Shown: positions 48,416-58,558 of the stretch, one piece after another
How the letters are laid out: every line of letters begins with the position of its first letter
How positions within the stretch are numbered: position 1 is the stretch's first letter
DNA from: Caecitellus pseudoparvulus
Lineage: Eukaryota > Protista > Bigyra: Bicosoecida
Assembly (NCBI GenBank): GCA_965644315.1
Contig: CBFFRQ010000016.1
Location: forward strand, 1-64,000
Length of the DNA: 64,000 nucleotides
Direction of reading: 5' to 3'
Made by a program: the position numbers and the translations under genes
The notes under the pieces: generated by a model
Database searches by the model: none
Seen by the model: only the letters and a program-made list of their open reading frames with translations
Told to the model about the DNA's origin: nothing

Positions 48416-49582
48416 ATGGCATCTGACTCGGCCAGCTCCATCGCTGGGTCCCAACCCTCACCCAAGCAACAAGCCGACCCTGACAACGATGCGGTGCCGT
48501 TGCGCAGCGTCCTGCGCGTGCACAACATCCAGCATGTGGTCCTAGAGGGAGTGGATTCTGAGCAAACTGACATGGACTTGGCAGTGCGCGCTTTGCATCG
48601 CTGCGGGTACACCACGAGTGTGCATGACTCGACCAGCTCTGGCGCCCCACTCGCACCAGCCACAGCCCTGCCCAGCTGCCCGACGCTGCGCATCACTCGA
48701 GGACAGGCACACACGGCACAGGATCGAAGCGTAGGTGCCTTCCACTTGCACGTGCCTGGCGCAGGCCAAGGCTGCTCCCTGGCCCTCCCCAACCCCGGCA
48801 GTCCATTGCCTGTGGACACGGCGCCAGCTGCCACAGTGGATGGTGGGTGGGCCGAGCCTGCCGTGCCACTCAGCAGCATCGTAGCAGGGCTGCTGTGGGC
48901 TGGCACCCGGTCCCTGCAGTCGTCCCCACTGCCCTCCGGAGAGCGCCACCCCATCCTGTGCCCAGGCGCGCTGGCATTCGGGCCACACTGCATCACGGAA
49001 CACAAGCAGGTGTTCTTGCAGTCCAAACACGCTTACGCAAGTGTAAACGTGCGGCCAGTGGTGGAAGGCCACGTCCTCGTGATTTCCCGCCGACCAGCCG
49101 TGCGCATGGCACAACTGACGCCGGCCGAGGTGGCAGATGTGTGGAGCATGGTGCACTCTGTGCAAGCGGGGCTGGAGGCTCACTTGCACAGCGATGGCGC
49201 GACAGTGGTGGTGCAGGACGGGCCGGTGGCAGGGCAGACTGTGCCCCACCTCCACGTGCACATCCTGCCTCGCCGTGCGGGGGATCTGTCCACCTCGGCT
49301 GGCAGTCAGGTGGAGGAGGGCGATGAGGTGTACGACATGATTCGGGCCAGCTCCCAGCGCACCATGCCGGGTGGGGCGGAGGTGGAGGAAGGCGGGGGGC
49401 CGGCAGTGCAGGTCATCGCCGGGGCTGCTGGCGTGCAGGCAGGCCAGCGCCGCGTCAAGCGTGAGTGGAAGGTGCGGGCACGCGGGCTGGACAGCATGGC
49501 AGCAGATGCAGCGAAGTACCGCGCTTGGTTTCAGGACGTACGTGGGGCCGAAGCGCCCCCCCCTTCAATTGACAGCACATGA
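48416..49582 (+). CDS. FHIT: FHIT-like bis(5'-adenosyl)-triphosphatase with N-terminal extension
   Basis: VNVRPVVEGHVLV...LTPAEVAD...QDGPVAGQTVPHLHVHILPRRAGD...MAADAAKYR. Start codon inferred. Confidence 0.88.
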   Translation: MASDSASSIAGSQPSPKQQADPDNDAVPLRSVLRVHNIQHVVLEGVDSEQTDMDLAVRALHRCGYTTSVHDSTSSGAPLAPATALPSCPTLRITRGQAHTAQDRSVGAFHLHVPGAGQGCSLALPNPGSPLPVDTAPAATVDGGWAEPAVPLSSIVAGLLWAGTRSLQSSPLPSGERHPILCPGALAFGPHCITEHKQVFLQSKHAYASVNVRPVVEGHVLVISRRPAVRMAQLTPAEVADVWSMVHSVQAGLEAHLHSDGATVVVQDGPVAGQTVPHLHVHILPRRAGDLSTSAGSQVEEGDEVYDMIRASSQRTMPGGAEVEEGGGPAVQVIAGAAGVQAGQRRVKREWKVRARGLDSMAADAAKYRAWFQDVRGAEAPPPSIDST

Positions 49583-49773
49583 GTGGAATGTCATGCAGAA
49601 TTCAATGTCTCTATGCTTTTCCAGTCGTCTGCTCTTTCAACTTGCTCTCCAGGCTTGCTTGCACCTGACTTGGCACCCTGCAGGCGCCCTGGCTTCCTGC
49701 TGGGGCTGTGCCAGGCGCCGCAATTGACAGCCGCTGGGCTGGCCCACGCCTACGCCATCTAAGGGCAGGCAAA

Positions 49774-52700
49774 ATGTCGTCCCTTACCCTAGAGCAGCGG
49801 AGGGAGTTCAATCGGCACGTCAGGGCAGCGAAGGCCGCCGAGGCAAGTGCTGCGGAAGTTGGCTCTCCAACGGTAGCCCGGCAGTTCTTGGCTTCGGCGT
49901 TGGAGGCCTACAGGGCTGCAAGCTTTATTGACACCACAAATAAAAAGCTGAACAAGAAGGTCCACAAACTCTCCCTCAAACTGGGTGACCAGCAGGCGTC
50001 TCCCGCTCCAGCCAGCAGTTCACCTGCCGCAACGGCCGAGGTAGAAGCGCCCCAAGCTCGCCTCAGCCCGGGCGGCCGTGAGAATGTCCCTTCACCTGGA
50101 GCTCTTCTGTGGGAAACGCAAGCGCCACCGAGAACACCAAAGAGCCTGCCTAAGGTCCCCCCACCTCCCCCTGGGGCGCTCCGCACCGCGCTGAGTCCCA
50201 TCTCCCCACGGCCAGTGGAAGACAGCGCAGGCAGCACTTTGCGAGTTGTATCGCGCGCCCTCCACACTCCGAAAGCAGACTCACCACAACCAGTGCTTCG
50301 GACACGAGGCGGAACTTCTCCCTCAGATGCGTGTGGCGCTGTGATCAAGGCGGAGGCAGCGGACGGCAGCCCACACGGATGGGAGTACAGCGCACAGGAT
50401 GATGCGTTTCACTTGCCAGGCGGGTTTGCGGTGCCTGCTGGCTGTTTCATGAAGTTGTACCCGCACCAAAGGGAAGGGGTGGCTTGGATGTGGGGACTGC
50501 ACCCCGCCTCCAGCAGCCCCCCCGTGTTTTCTGCGTTTGGCGTGGACCTCATTGGCGACGCACGAGGCACGTTGGCGCGGGCAGGCGTGCGGCAGGTGCA
50601 GGGGGGCGCGCTCTGCCCCTTGTCACCCGGTGCATCGCCGCAAGACACACCAAGCAGCCCTTCATCGCACCCTGCCGTCAGCCGGGAGGATGTATTCCCC
50701 CTGCCGCACACCATTCGCGCTCGAGGGGGCGGCATTCTCGGCGATGACATGGGGCTGGGCAAAACCGTGCAGGTGAGCGCATTCATCGGGGCCCTGCTGC
50801 AGACCCCCCACGCCCATGCAGTGCTGGTTGTGGCCCCCACGAGCATCATCCCCACCTGGCAGAGCGAGCTCGCTGTGTGGGCAGCAGGTGTCCACGTGTC
50901 TGTGTACAGCGGCACCAAGGCAGAACGCCGGCGAGCCTTGGCCACCACGCAGCGGCTGGGGGGCGTGCTGCTGACCACGTACGGCATGGTCACACACAAC
51001 GCAGAAGATTTGCGCAGCATCGCACCTGTGAAGGGCCGCGGGGCCTCCCGTCGCGCGCCTGCTGCCTCGTCCGTGTGGGGCAAGGCGTTGGCTGGAGTGC
51101 GGGCAGGGGCTGGGCATGCGGCGCATGGTGAGCCTGAGCACGGCTCCGAAGCGGCACCAGGCCAGTTCATGTGGAGTGCGGTGGTGTGCGACGAAGGCCA
51201 CAAGATCAAGAACACCAGCACCAAGATCGCCAAGGCGCTGCGGTGTGTGCAAGCTCAGTACCGCCTGCTGCTTACCGGCACGCCGCTGCAGAACCACATG
51301 GAGGAGCTGTGGTCGCTCTTCGACTATGCCACGCAGGGCCAGTTGCTGGGGCGACGCCAAGTCTTCAACGCTGAGTTCGCCAATGTCATTCTGGCATCCA
51401 GGGAGCGGGGAGCGAGTCAGCGCGTCCGAGAGCGGGGCACAGTCGCAGCTGCGTTGCTGCGTGCTCGCATTGCGCCCCACTTCCTGCGCCGGGAAAAGGG
51501 CGTGGGAGGCACGCCACGGAAACCATCTGCTGCGGCAGGGGGCGGCTCTCCTCTGCCCTCCCTCACCCCTGGCTTGCATGCCACCAAGACGGAAGTGGTG
51601 GTGTGGACGACCCTGGCGCCCCTGCAGGAAACACTGTACAGCTCCTTCCTCACATCTGCCGCTGTGAAACGGGTGCTGAACGAGTCGGGGTCCCCCCTGG
51701 CAGCCCTTTCCATCCTCAAGAAGGTGTGCAACTCACCTCTGCTGCTTGGAGAGCGCGAGCGTGGGCGCGTCATTGCTGCACTGCTGCAGCGAACCGACGA
51801 GTACGAAGACGCGACCCCCGAGGACCTGGAGGCGCTTGTGCGCGACTTGGCGCAGAATGGGCATGCTTCACACATCGCAGCCGGTGCAGAGCCCGATGTT
51901 GCGGCGACTGCCGTGCAGCTGGCTGGCTTGACCGCGCGGCGCGATGTTTCAGCGCTTGTCGCTTGCAGTGCCAAGCTGCAGTTCTTGCAGCGACTGCTCC
52001 CGACGCTCCAAGAGGAGCGCGCCCGAACCTTGATCTTCTCAGGCTCCAAAGTAATGCTGAACGTTGTAGGTTCCATGCTGCGACAGAGCGGCGCGTCCTT
52101 CCTGCGCATCGACGGCGACGTAGCAGACCCAGCTGAGCGGCGCCGCATCGTGGACACCTTCAATACCGATGCATCTGTGGATGTGTGCCTGCTCACCACA
52201 GGCGTCGGCTCTCTGGGTCTCACCCTCACAGGAGCGTCACGGGTGGTCATTCTCGACCCCCACTGGAATCCGTCTGTGGACGCCCAGGCCGTGGACAGGG
52301 CGTACAGAATCGGCCAGACGCGTGACGTCATCACGTACCGCCTGATCACGTGTGGAACGGTGGAAGAGAAGCAGTACAGGCTGCAAGTGTTCAAAGGAGG
52401 GGTCACACAGTCTGTTCTTGGGCATGGTGCTGGTGCAGATTCCTCCCAGGGAGCACCTGACAGCGGCTACAAGCGGTATCTCACCCGCTCGGAATTGCGT
52501 GCCATGTTCTCGCTCGGCAGCACCCAGCACTCGGAAACCGTGGACATGCTGGCCGAGGCTGCAGGGCCCGCTCCAGCACCCAAACCAGGCAGTGAACCAG
52601 ACAAGCACCTTCGTGTGCTCACCGGCCCCTCCTTCCAGGCTTCCCTTGTGCAAGTTTCTCGCCATGACCACTTGTACCGGTTGGGGGAGGCGGCTGCAGC

Positions 52701-53466
52701 TGCACTTGCGGAGCGCCTCCGTACCGTGTGCACGCCTGCCACGTCGCGCAAGATGTCGCGGACAGAGCATCTCGTGCGCTCCGTCCCACGTGCAGCCGTC
52801 CACTCAGACTTGGACGACACACCCACCTCGCAGGCGTCATCGTGGCAGGCCAGCCCAGCTGCTCCGGGAGAAGTTGCAGCGGTGCCGTCGCCTGCGAATT
52901 CTGAGGAAACCGGAGCAAGCCCCGGCTTTGAACAGTCACCTCTCCATGGGACTACCCTCTGGGAGGCGCGGCCTGCATCCGGTGATGAGGATGGCCTGCA
53001 CGAGGTGGACGTGGTGGTCGAAGATGACGTCAGTGTGGGCGAGCCAGCTGGGGATGATGCTCCCACAGACGGCCATGGGGCGGCTGGTGCTGTGCCGGGA
53101 CCTGAAGGAGCAGGCATTGCAGGCGTAGCGTCTGTGGCGGAAGCAGACGGCACTAGCGGGGGTGATGCGTTGACGAAAGCAGCGGATGCGGCAGTTGACG
53201 AAGTGCGCGGCATGGAGGCTTCGCTAGGGTTGAGACTACCGGCGGGAAGCTGCGTCAAGGCGCTCGCAGACCACTGGCTTGAGGGCCTGCAGGGCGGGAG
53301 TCTCTCCATGCAGCAAGGCCGCACCTACACAAAACAGTGCCAGAGCGCTGCCCAAGCTATTCATGCGGCACTAGGCGTCGAGGGCCACGCCACGTACTTG
53401 CCCTTTGTGCAGCGGGCAGAGGCTGCAAAGTCGGCCCTGATCCGCTTTGCAACTCAGGGATTGTAA
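49774..53466 (+). CDS. ERCC6L: SNF2-family helicase, ERCC6L/PICH-like
   Basis: KLYPHQREGVAW, GGILGDDMGLGKTVQ, GGVLLTTYGM, DEGHKIKN, LTGTPLQN, LLTTGVGSLGLTLTGASRVV.DP.WNPS.DAQAVDRAYRIGQ, YRLQVFK; TPR-like N-terminus. Confidence 0.88.
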   Translation: MSSLTLEQRREFNRHVRAAKAAEASAAEVGSPTVARQFLASALEAYRAASFIDTTNKKLNKKVHKLSLKLGDQQASPAPASSSPAATAEVEAPQARLSPGGRENVPSPGALLWETQAPPRTPKSLPKVPPPPPGALRTALSPISPRPVEDSAGSTLRVVSRALHTPKADSPQPVLRTRGGTSPSDACGAVIKAEAADGSPHGWEYSAQDDAFHLPGGFAVPAGCFMKLYPHQREGVAWMWGLHPASSSPPVFSAFGVDLIGDARGTLARAGVRQVQGGALCPLSPGASPQDTPSSPSSHPAVSREDVFPLPHTIRARGGGILGDDMGLGKTVQVSAFIGALLQTPHAHAVLVVAPTSIIPTWQSELAVWAAGVHVSVYSGTKAERRRALATTQRLGGVLLTTYGMVTHNAEDLRSIAPVKGRGASRRAPAASSVWGKALAGVRAGAGHAAHGEPEHGSEAAPGQFMWSAVVCDEGHKIKNTSTKIAKALRCVQAQYRLLLTGTPLQNHMEELWSLFDYATQGQLLGRRQVFNAEFANVILASRERGASQRVRERGTVAAALLRARIAPHFLRREKGVGGTPRKPSAAAGGGSPLPSLTPGLHATKTEVVVWTTLAPLQETLYSSFLTSAAVKRVLNESGSPLAALSILKKVCNSPLLLGERERGRVIAALLQRTDEYEDATPEDLEALVRDLAQNGHASHIAAGAEPDVAATAVQLAGLTARRDVSALVACSAKLQFLQRLLPTLQEERARTLIFSGSKVMLNVVGSMLRQSGASFLRIDGDVADPAERRRIVDTFNTDASVDVCLLTTGVGSLGLTLTGASRVVILDPHWNPSVDAQAVDRAYRIGQTRDVITYRLITCGTVEEKQYRLQVFKGGVTQSVLGHGAGADSSQGAPDSGYKRYLTRSELRAMFSLGSTQHSETVDMLAEAAGPAPAPKPGSEPDKHLRVLTGPSFQASLVQVSRHDHLYRLGEAAAAALAERLRTVCTPATSRKMSRTEHLVRSVPRAAVHSDLDDTPTSQASSWQASPAAPGEVAAVPSPANSEETGASPGFEQSPLHGTTLWEARPASGDEDGLHEVDVVVEDDVSVGEPAGDDAPTDGHGAAGAVPGPEGAGIAGVASVAEADGTSGGDALTKAADAAVDEVRGMEASLGLRLPAGSCVKALADHWLEGLQGGSLSMQQGRTYTKQCQSAAQAIHAALGVEGHATYLPFVQRAEAAKSALIRFATQGL

Positions 53467-53476
53467 TGCATTCGTG

Positions 53477-55330
53477 TCATAGCCTGGCTTCCTGCTGCTG
53501 AGTGTTGCTGCGCGCTGCCAGGCGCGCCTCGGCGACAGGCAGCACTGTGGTGCGCAGGAAGTCTCTGAGCACATGCCGCACAGCAGCGGAGCTGCCAGGC
53601 TCCAAGTGCGGGTGGTGGCCGGCGTCTTTAAGTGTCACACCCCAGTACCAAGATGGCTGCTCCTGCTGGGGGCGAAGTTTCGACACATGAGAAGCTTCGT
53701 GGACTGTGGCGCCGCTCGTTGCAGTTGCGGGAAAGGGGGGCACCCGCTGCGACACGCGAACAGGAATGTCTGCATCTCGCTCGCTCGCTGAGAGCGCTGA
53801 TTCTGGAGAGCACTCATCTGCACGAGAACGTGACGCGCCGCACTCCATCTGGTGCACCAGGAGCGGCGTGATGTTCCACGCCTTTTGCCCGGCTGCAGTC
53901 GGCGCTGGGTTCTTGGACCGTGCGACATCCTCATCAGTGGCCTCACGGGCAGCGCTGGCTGCTGCGGCATCTACATCATCCCAGACATCAGCTGGGGCCT
54001 GGGACTGTCCCATGGCTAAGTTCTGCGACGCGTTCGCAAGGGCAGCCTTCACAGCTGCTGCGGTTTCTGCTGGCGACGCAGGGATGCCACGGTTGTCCTT
54101 AGCGTTGGCTGTGAATCGATCCTGGGCTGCATCCAGCGCGGCGGACAGGACAGCCTGCCTTTCACTCGCCGTGCTGGCCTCGTAAGGCCACCCCTTCTCG
54201 GCCAGCAGCAGGCACGTCGGGCAGTTGACGGCGGCCAGGAAGGCGCGCACTTGCTCCTCAGACAGGTACATCAAGCTGCTCTCCAAGACGCGCAGGGAGT
54301 GCCTGAAACGCACTGGTGCAGTCTCATCAGTCAGCTGTGCTGCAACATCAGGAGGGGTATTGGATGGGGCACGTTTGGTGCTTCCGCTCCCCGGCGCTGC
54401 CTCCGTTCCGCGAGTCACAAGGGGGGCTGCCGCTGAGTAGCTCAAGAACTGGTCCCCCGGCCAAGACGCGGCAGTGGCGCACCGAGCAGCCACGGCATGA
54501 CTCAGATTTAGGTACGGCTTTGGCTCCTTGTCCGCCAAGGCCTTGCGTGCTGCGACACCTGCACGCAAGTAGGCCCCACCTCCGGCCTCTTCTCTTGCCG
54601 GCAGACCAAGAGCTTCGATGAGGACGGCCCCGTCGAAGACGTCGGGAGCGGCGCCCAGCACCATGGAGCCCACACCAGCACCCATAGAATGACCACACAG
54701 AGACACTGACACAGGGCCTGCGTCAGGGCTCTGGTGTTCTTGAGTCGGGGGGGATGCACTGCTATACGGCGGCGCAGGAGCCAGCGAGGGAATCCACCCG
54801 AGCGAGCCAAGCGCCGCAAGGACATCACTGGCATACTGGATCATGAGGTACGGCGCATCTCCGCTGCGGTGGTACGAGTGCCCATGCCCCGCGAAGTCAA
54901 TGGAGACAAACTGCGCAGGGCACCTCGCAATACGTGGGCCGCAGCGACGTGCGGAAATTCGTCCGCATCCACGCACGTGAAAGCCGGCGTCCATCCACAC
55001 GGAAGCAAGGTCAACATGCGTTGCACCATTGTCCATCCACCCATGCAGTCCGATGGCCTTCAGAGGAGATGTAGGGTCTCCGTAGGCCAACGCAGCAATG
55101 CTGCCGCCTGGAACGCGTCGACAGTGGGAGGGCGTGTTTGAAGGGCTGGTGGCAGACACGCTGGGCCAGCTCACCTGGGATGGGAATGCGGATGTTTCGG
55201 ACCGCCATGGGAGCGCGTGGACAGGGGTTTCGCTGGCAACCTGGAGACACGCCTGCTGTACGTGAGGGAGATCTGGCGCACGAAGAGCCGGCAAGGAGGC
55301 GTTGCTTTGGAGTCGCAGAAAACCCGACAC
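53477..55330 (-). CDS. Alpha/beta hydrolase (SERHL-like); true start uncertain, in-frame introns likely
   Basis: LHGWMDN, IDFAGHGHS, nucleophile elbow GHSMG, C-terminal GHHPHLE. Confidence 0.8.
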   Translation of the reverse strand: MSGFLRLQSNASLPALRAPDLPHVQQACLQVASETPVHALPWRSETSAFPSQVSWPSVSATSPSNTPSHCRRVPGGSIAALAYGDPTSPLKAIGLHGWMDNGATHVDLASVWMDAGFHVRGCGRISARRCGPRIARCPAQFVSIDFAGHGHSYHRSGDAPYLMIQYASDVLAALGSLGWIPSLAPAPPYSSASPPTQEHQSPDAGPVSVSLCGHSMGAGVGSMVLGAAPDVFDGAVLIEALGLPAREEAGGGAYLRAGVAARKALADKEPKPYLNLSHAVAARCATAASWPGDQFLSYSAAAPLVTRGTEAAPGSGSTKRAPSNTPPDVAAQLTDETAPVRFRHSLRVLESSLMYLSEEQVRAFLAAVNCPTCLLLAEKGWPYEASTASERQAVLSAALDAAQDRFTANAKDNRGIPASPAETAAAVKAALANASQNLAMGQSQAPADVWDDVDAAAASAAREATDEDVARSKNPAPTAAGQKAWNITPLLVHQMECGASRSRADECSPESALSASERDADIPVRVSQRVPPFPATATSGATVHEASHVSKLRPQQEQPSWYWGVTLKDAGHHPHLEPGSSAAVRHVLRDFLRTTVLPVAEARLAARSNTQQQEARL

Positions 55331-55652
55331 AGAGCACGACGCAGAGAGTCTACGTGGTCATAGTGTGCAGGTCTAGCGGGAAGGTCTTAGGCGTTGTCTG
55401 CGTTTTGTGTGTGCTTGCCTAGCGCAGGTCTGACCGGCTCTCTGCCGCGCTCCCAGACAAGGAGGACAGCTGCAAAGTGCAAGGCGTGTGCAGCCCAAAA
55501 TCAAACACCCAACCCATTAGCTGAACAGCCAGTCGGCGAGCACAGGCAAGCGCGGCCTGCCTTCAAGTCTGTGACGGCCACCCTGGGTTTGCTTGCACAC
55601 GGCCCGCTCGCGAGAGAGCCAGCCAAGCTTGGGCCAGCAGCTGTTGTCGGAG

Positions 55653-56529
55653 ATGGCGAGCCGGGAGTCACGCTTTGCCCAGCACGAACAAGCGTTTGAT
55701 GATGCTGTTCGAGGCCTCAGTAAGGCGGTGTCGGATGCCAAGTTCACGGGGGGCGGTGAGTGGTCTGCTGCAGTGCAGGAGGCCGCGGCCCAATTCCGCA
55801 CGCATGTGCACCTTCCCTGGGTTCGCAGACGAGCGGACGGAGATGATCCGGACGGCAAACCGGAAAGCAGACGAGGCTGCTCAGGCGCTGCGGCATATGG
55901 AGGGCGAAATGGCAAACATGGGCCCCAACAAGCGCAGGACTGCCAACGAAAAGGTGCGACGGCGTGGCACCCTGGCGCAGGCGAGCTGTGTTGCCACCGC
56001 TCCGCGCCCCTGAGCACGCCGCAGATCAGCCAGAGCAAGGCGGACCTGGCGTCACAGAAGAAGGCCCTGGACCAGCTGGTCGCCAGTGCCTCTCGAGCTG
56101 GAGCAGGCGGCAGCGCAGGCATGTCTGTGCGTTGCATTGCGGTTGCAGGCCTGGCGCCCCACGCCGCCACACACACGCCGTCCACCCTCGCAGCGTGAAG
56201 AACGGGAGCAGCGCCAGAAGCTGCTGGGCATCGAGCACAGCTCTGCCAGCGCGACATCCCACCTGCAGTTTGCCCGGACGACGCTGGCTGAGACGGAAGA
56301 AACGGGGGTTGCCACGCTGTCCGAGATGGAGTCACAGGGCAGGCAGCTGCGGCGCATCCAGAGCAACGTGCACGAGGTGAACAGCCTGGCCGACATGGGA
56401 CGCGGCATCCTGAACAACATGGAGGTGACTGCCATGAAGAACCAGCTGTTGCTGTGGCTGGCCATCCTCGTCCTGCTGGGCTGCGTGGGGGCCGTCGTGT
56501 ACTTTGGCTACATCAAGAGCCCAAAGTAG
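55653..56529 (+). CDS. VTI1: VTI1-type Qb-SNARE, 3 introns
   Basis: Habc-like N-terminus, SNARE motif ETEETGVATLSEMESQGRQL, C-terminal TM anchor. Confidence 0.85.
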
Positions 56530-56536
56530 GCGCCCC

Positions 56537-57956
56537 TCACCCCGTGCCCGGCTTGGGCGTGGGCTGCCCATGTGGCGCGTCTGGGATGTCCTCCGGCCTG
56601 AAACAGTGCAGGGGCGTGGCTTCAGCCTTGCTGCCGGAGTCAGCACCCCCCAGCTCAGGGTGCTCGCACACGAACATGGACGACAGCGTGACGATGTACT
56701 GGCACGTGGCCGCCTCCTGCACTGACTGGAATGCAAGCGTGTCCTCTGCGTCGCACACCACACGCACTTCTGTGGAGCGGGGTTTGCCCGTCATGTCGCA
56801 GGCGGTGCCGCCGGGGTACAGCTGTGCCAGAGCGGGGGGCAGCAGGCTGCCGGCAGAGACAGGGCCAGTGCTTTTCCAAGCTGTTGAAGGCTCAGTGACT
56901 GGCTCGGCTTCGCCCCTGGCAGAGGGTGTGTCCAGCACGAGGGGTGACGCGGCGTCGAAAACGCCCAGCACGAACTCCGCACTCACGCGCTCGCCATCCT
57001 TGTGGAACTGGGTCACCTTGCCACCCACACATGCCCTGTATGTCCACCAGCCCTCCTGCTTCAGCACACAGCTGCCCTTCAGCGGTTGCAGCAGTGACTC
57101 GGCAGTGGTCAGTTGCGCACACACCGCTTTGCTGGAGAGAGCAATTGTGATGCGGTAGTGGTTGGTGGAGTCCTCCTTGATGCTGCGAATGCCAGCGCTG
57201 ACGCCATCTGGGAGGGAGCCTTTCCCGCACTCGAAGCGCAATTGTGTCTGCCTGCCGTCTGCGCCAGGGAGCAAGTCGTGCACCAGTGCCGGGGCTGGGC
57301 CTTTCGTGTCCAGCTTTACCGAGGAGGCGTCGTACTGCCCCAGCAGCACTCGTTGGGAGGTTGGTGTACCACCTGGCTGGTCTGCAGATCCCCCGTTCTC
57401 CACGTGGAATTGGTGAGTGGCTTGAAAGGGGCACACCTCGTAAGTCCAGTACCCCACCCGTTTGCGCAGGCACTGGCTCGTGGCAGCTTGCACGGCCCTC
57501 TGCACACTCGCCAGGTCGAAGTCGCCAAAGGCTGGTGCGGCGATCGACTCTTCTTGAGAGTCAACTTGGGCTGCCTCGGCGACTGGCCGTGGGACAAAGC
57601 ATGTCATCTGCAACTCGATGGCAAAGACACTTGGCGTGGCGGCTGATGATGCAAAAGCCGCAATGGAAGCCCACGCACTTGTCCATGCCTGTGCAGCACC
57701 ATCTCCTCCCGTGACAACTGCAGGATGGAAGTCCACTCTTCATCACTCCATGCTGGGGCACTTCTATGCACTTTCACCGTGAAGGACTTCAGGGAATCCA
57801 GGCCAGGCAGGGAGCCCTGGTTTCGCAGAGCATGCAGCGGAGTGAAGTGCACGGCGCCGTCCACAGCACGCTGCGGCAATCACGCACCCCGGCCACAGAG
57901 CAGATCGTTCCTAGTAAGCACACCAGATAGAAGAGGGTGGGCACCCAACCTTGCAT
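56537..57956 (-). CDS. ER lectin with two MRH domains (OS-9/ERLEC1-like), 2 introns
   Basis: Signal peptide MQGWVPTLFYLVCLLG; two MRH repeats, CLRKRVGYWTYEVC...QFH and CVLKQEGWWTYRAC...QFH; GTACDMTGKPRSTEV, E..TCQY. Confidence 0.88.
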
Positions 57957-58356
57957 CCTGAAAGCTGCGCGCTGCATCGTGGGTGGCTGGGGAGCAGGAC
58001 TCTGGGGTTGCCTCAACACGCAGCAGCCCACAGGCAGGTCCATGCAGCTGGGAGTTTGTGAACTTAATTGTGAATCAGTGCCTCCATGCACCTTGCGGGT
58101 TGCGGATGTGCTCGTTTTTGCGCAGTGTGTACGTTGTGCGGGGCAAGCCACGTGTTCGCAGCGGCCACCTCAGCGGTGTTCCTGCAGGTCAAGCTATCGA
58201 GGAACCAAGAACGCTGAGTATCGTGGAAGGTCTGTGGCTGTGCTTTGAGTGCAAGGAGTGATGGCTTCCGGACCAGACAGGCACTCGCCCACTGCGTCGT
58301 GAGCCTTGTGTGGCTTTTTGTAAGAGTACATATACGTTGTTGGTGCCCATGTTCCC

Positions 58357-58476
58357 AGCAGCGGTCACATCGCCCAGGATATGCCCGGATCCATTCCGCA
58401 CCCGGAAGCCAAGCTGGGCCGAGCTCGGTTAGTACTGTGGTAGGGGACTACACGGGAATCCCGAGTACTGCTGATT
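58357..58476 (+). rRNA. 5S rRNA (single dispersed copy)
   Basis: About 120 nt; helix I AGCAGCGGT/ACTGCTGAT, helix II GCCCAG/CTGGGC, GGAAGCCAAGC box A, loop E TTAGTA...GGGAA; followed by T7. Confidence 0.92.
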
Positions 58477-58477
58477 C

Positions 58478-58484
58478 TTTTTTT
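58478..58484 (+). terminator. Pol III terminator (T7) of the 5S gene
   Basis: TTTTTTT immediately after the 5S 3' end. Confidence 0.85.
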
Positions 58485-58558
58485 GCTTGCATCGTTTCAG
58501 ATTTCCCCGCGTCAAGCGCGGGTAACTGCAAGTACCTGTGCTGATTGCTGAGCGGAGT

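Noticed and set aside
47189-53466. UBC13-FHIT-ERCC6L adjacency as a genome-stability gene cluster
   Set aside because: Neighbouring genes are functionally mixed, and there is no evidence of co-regulation or conserved synteny from this window alone.
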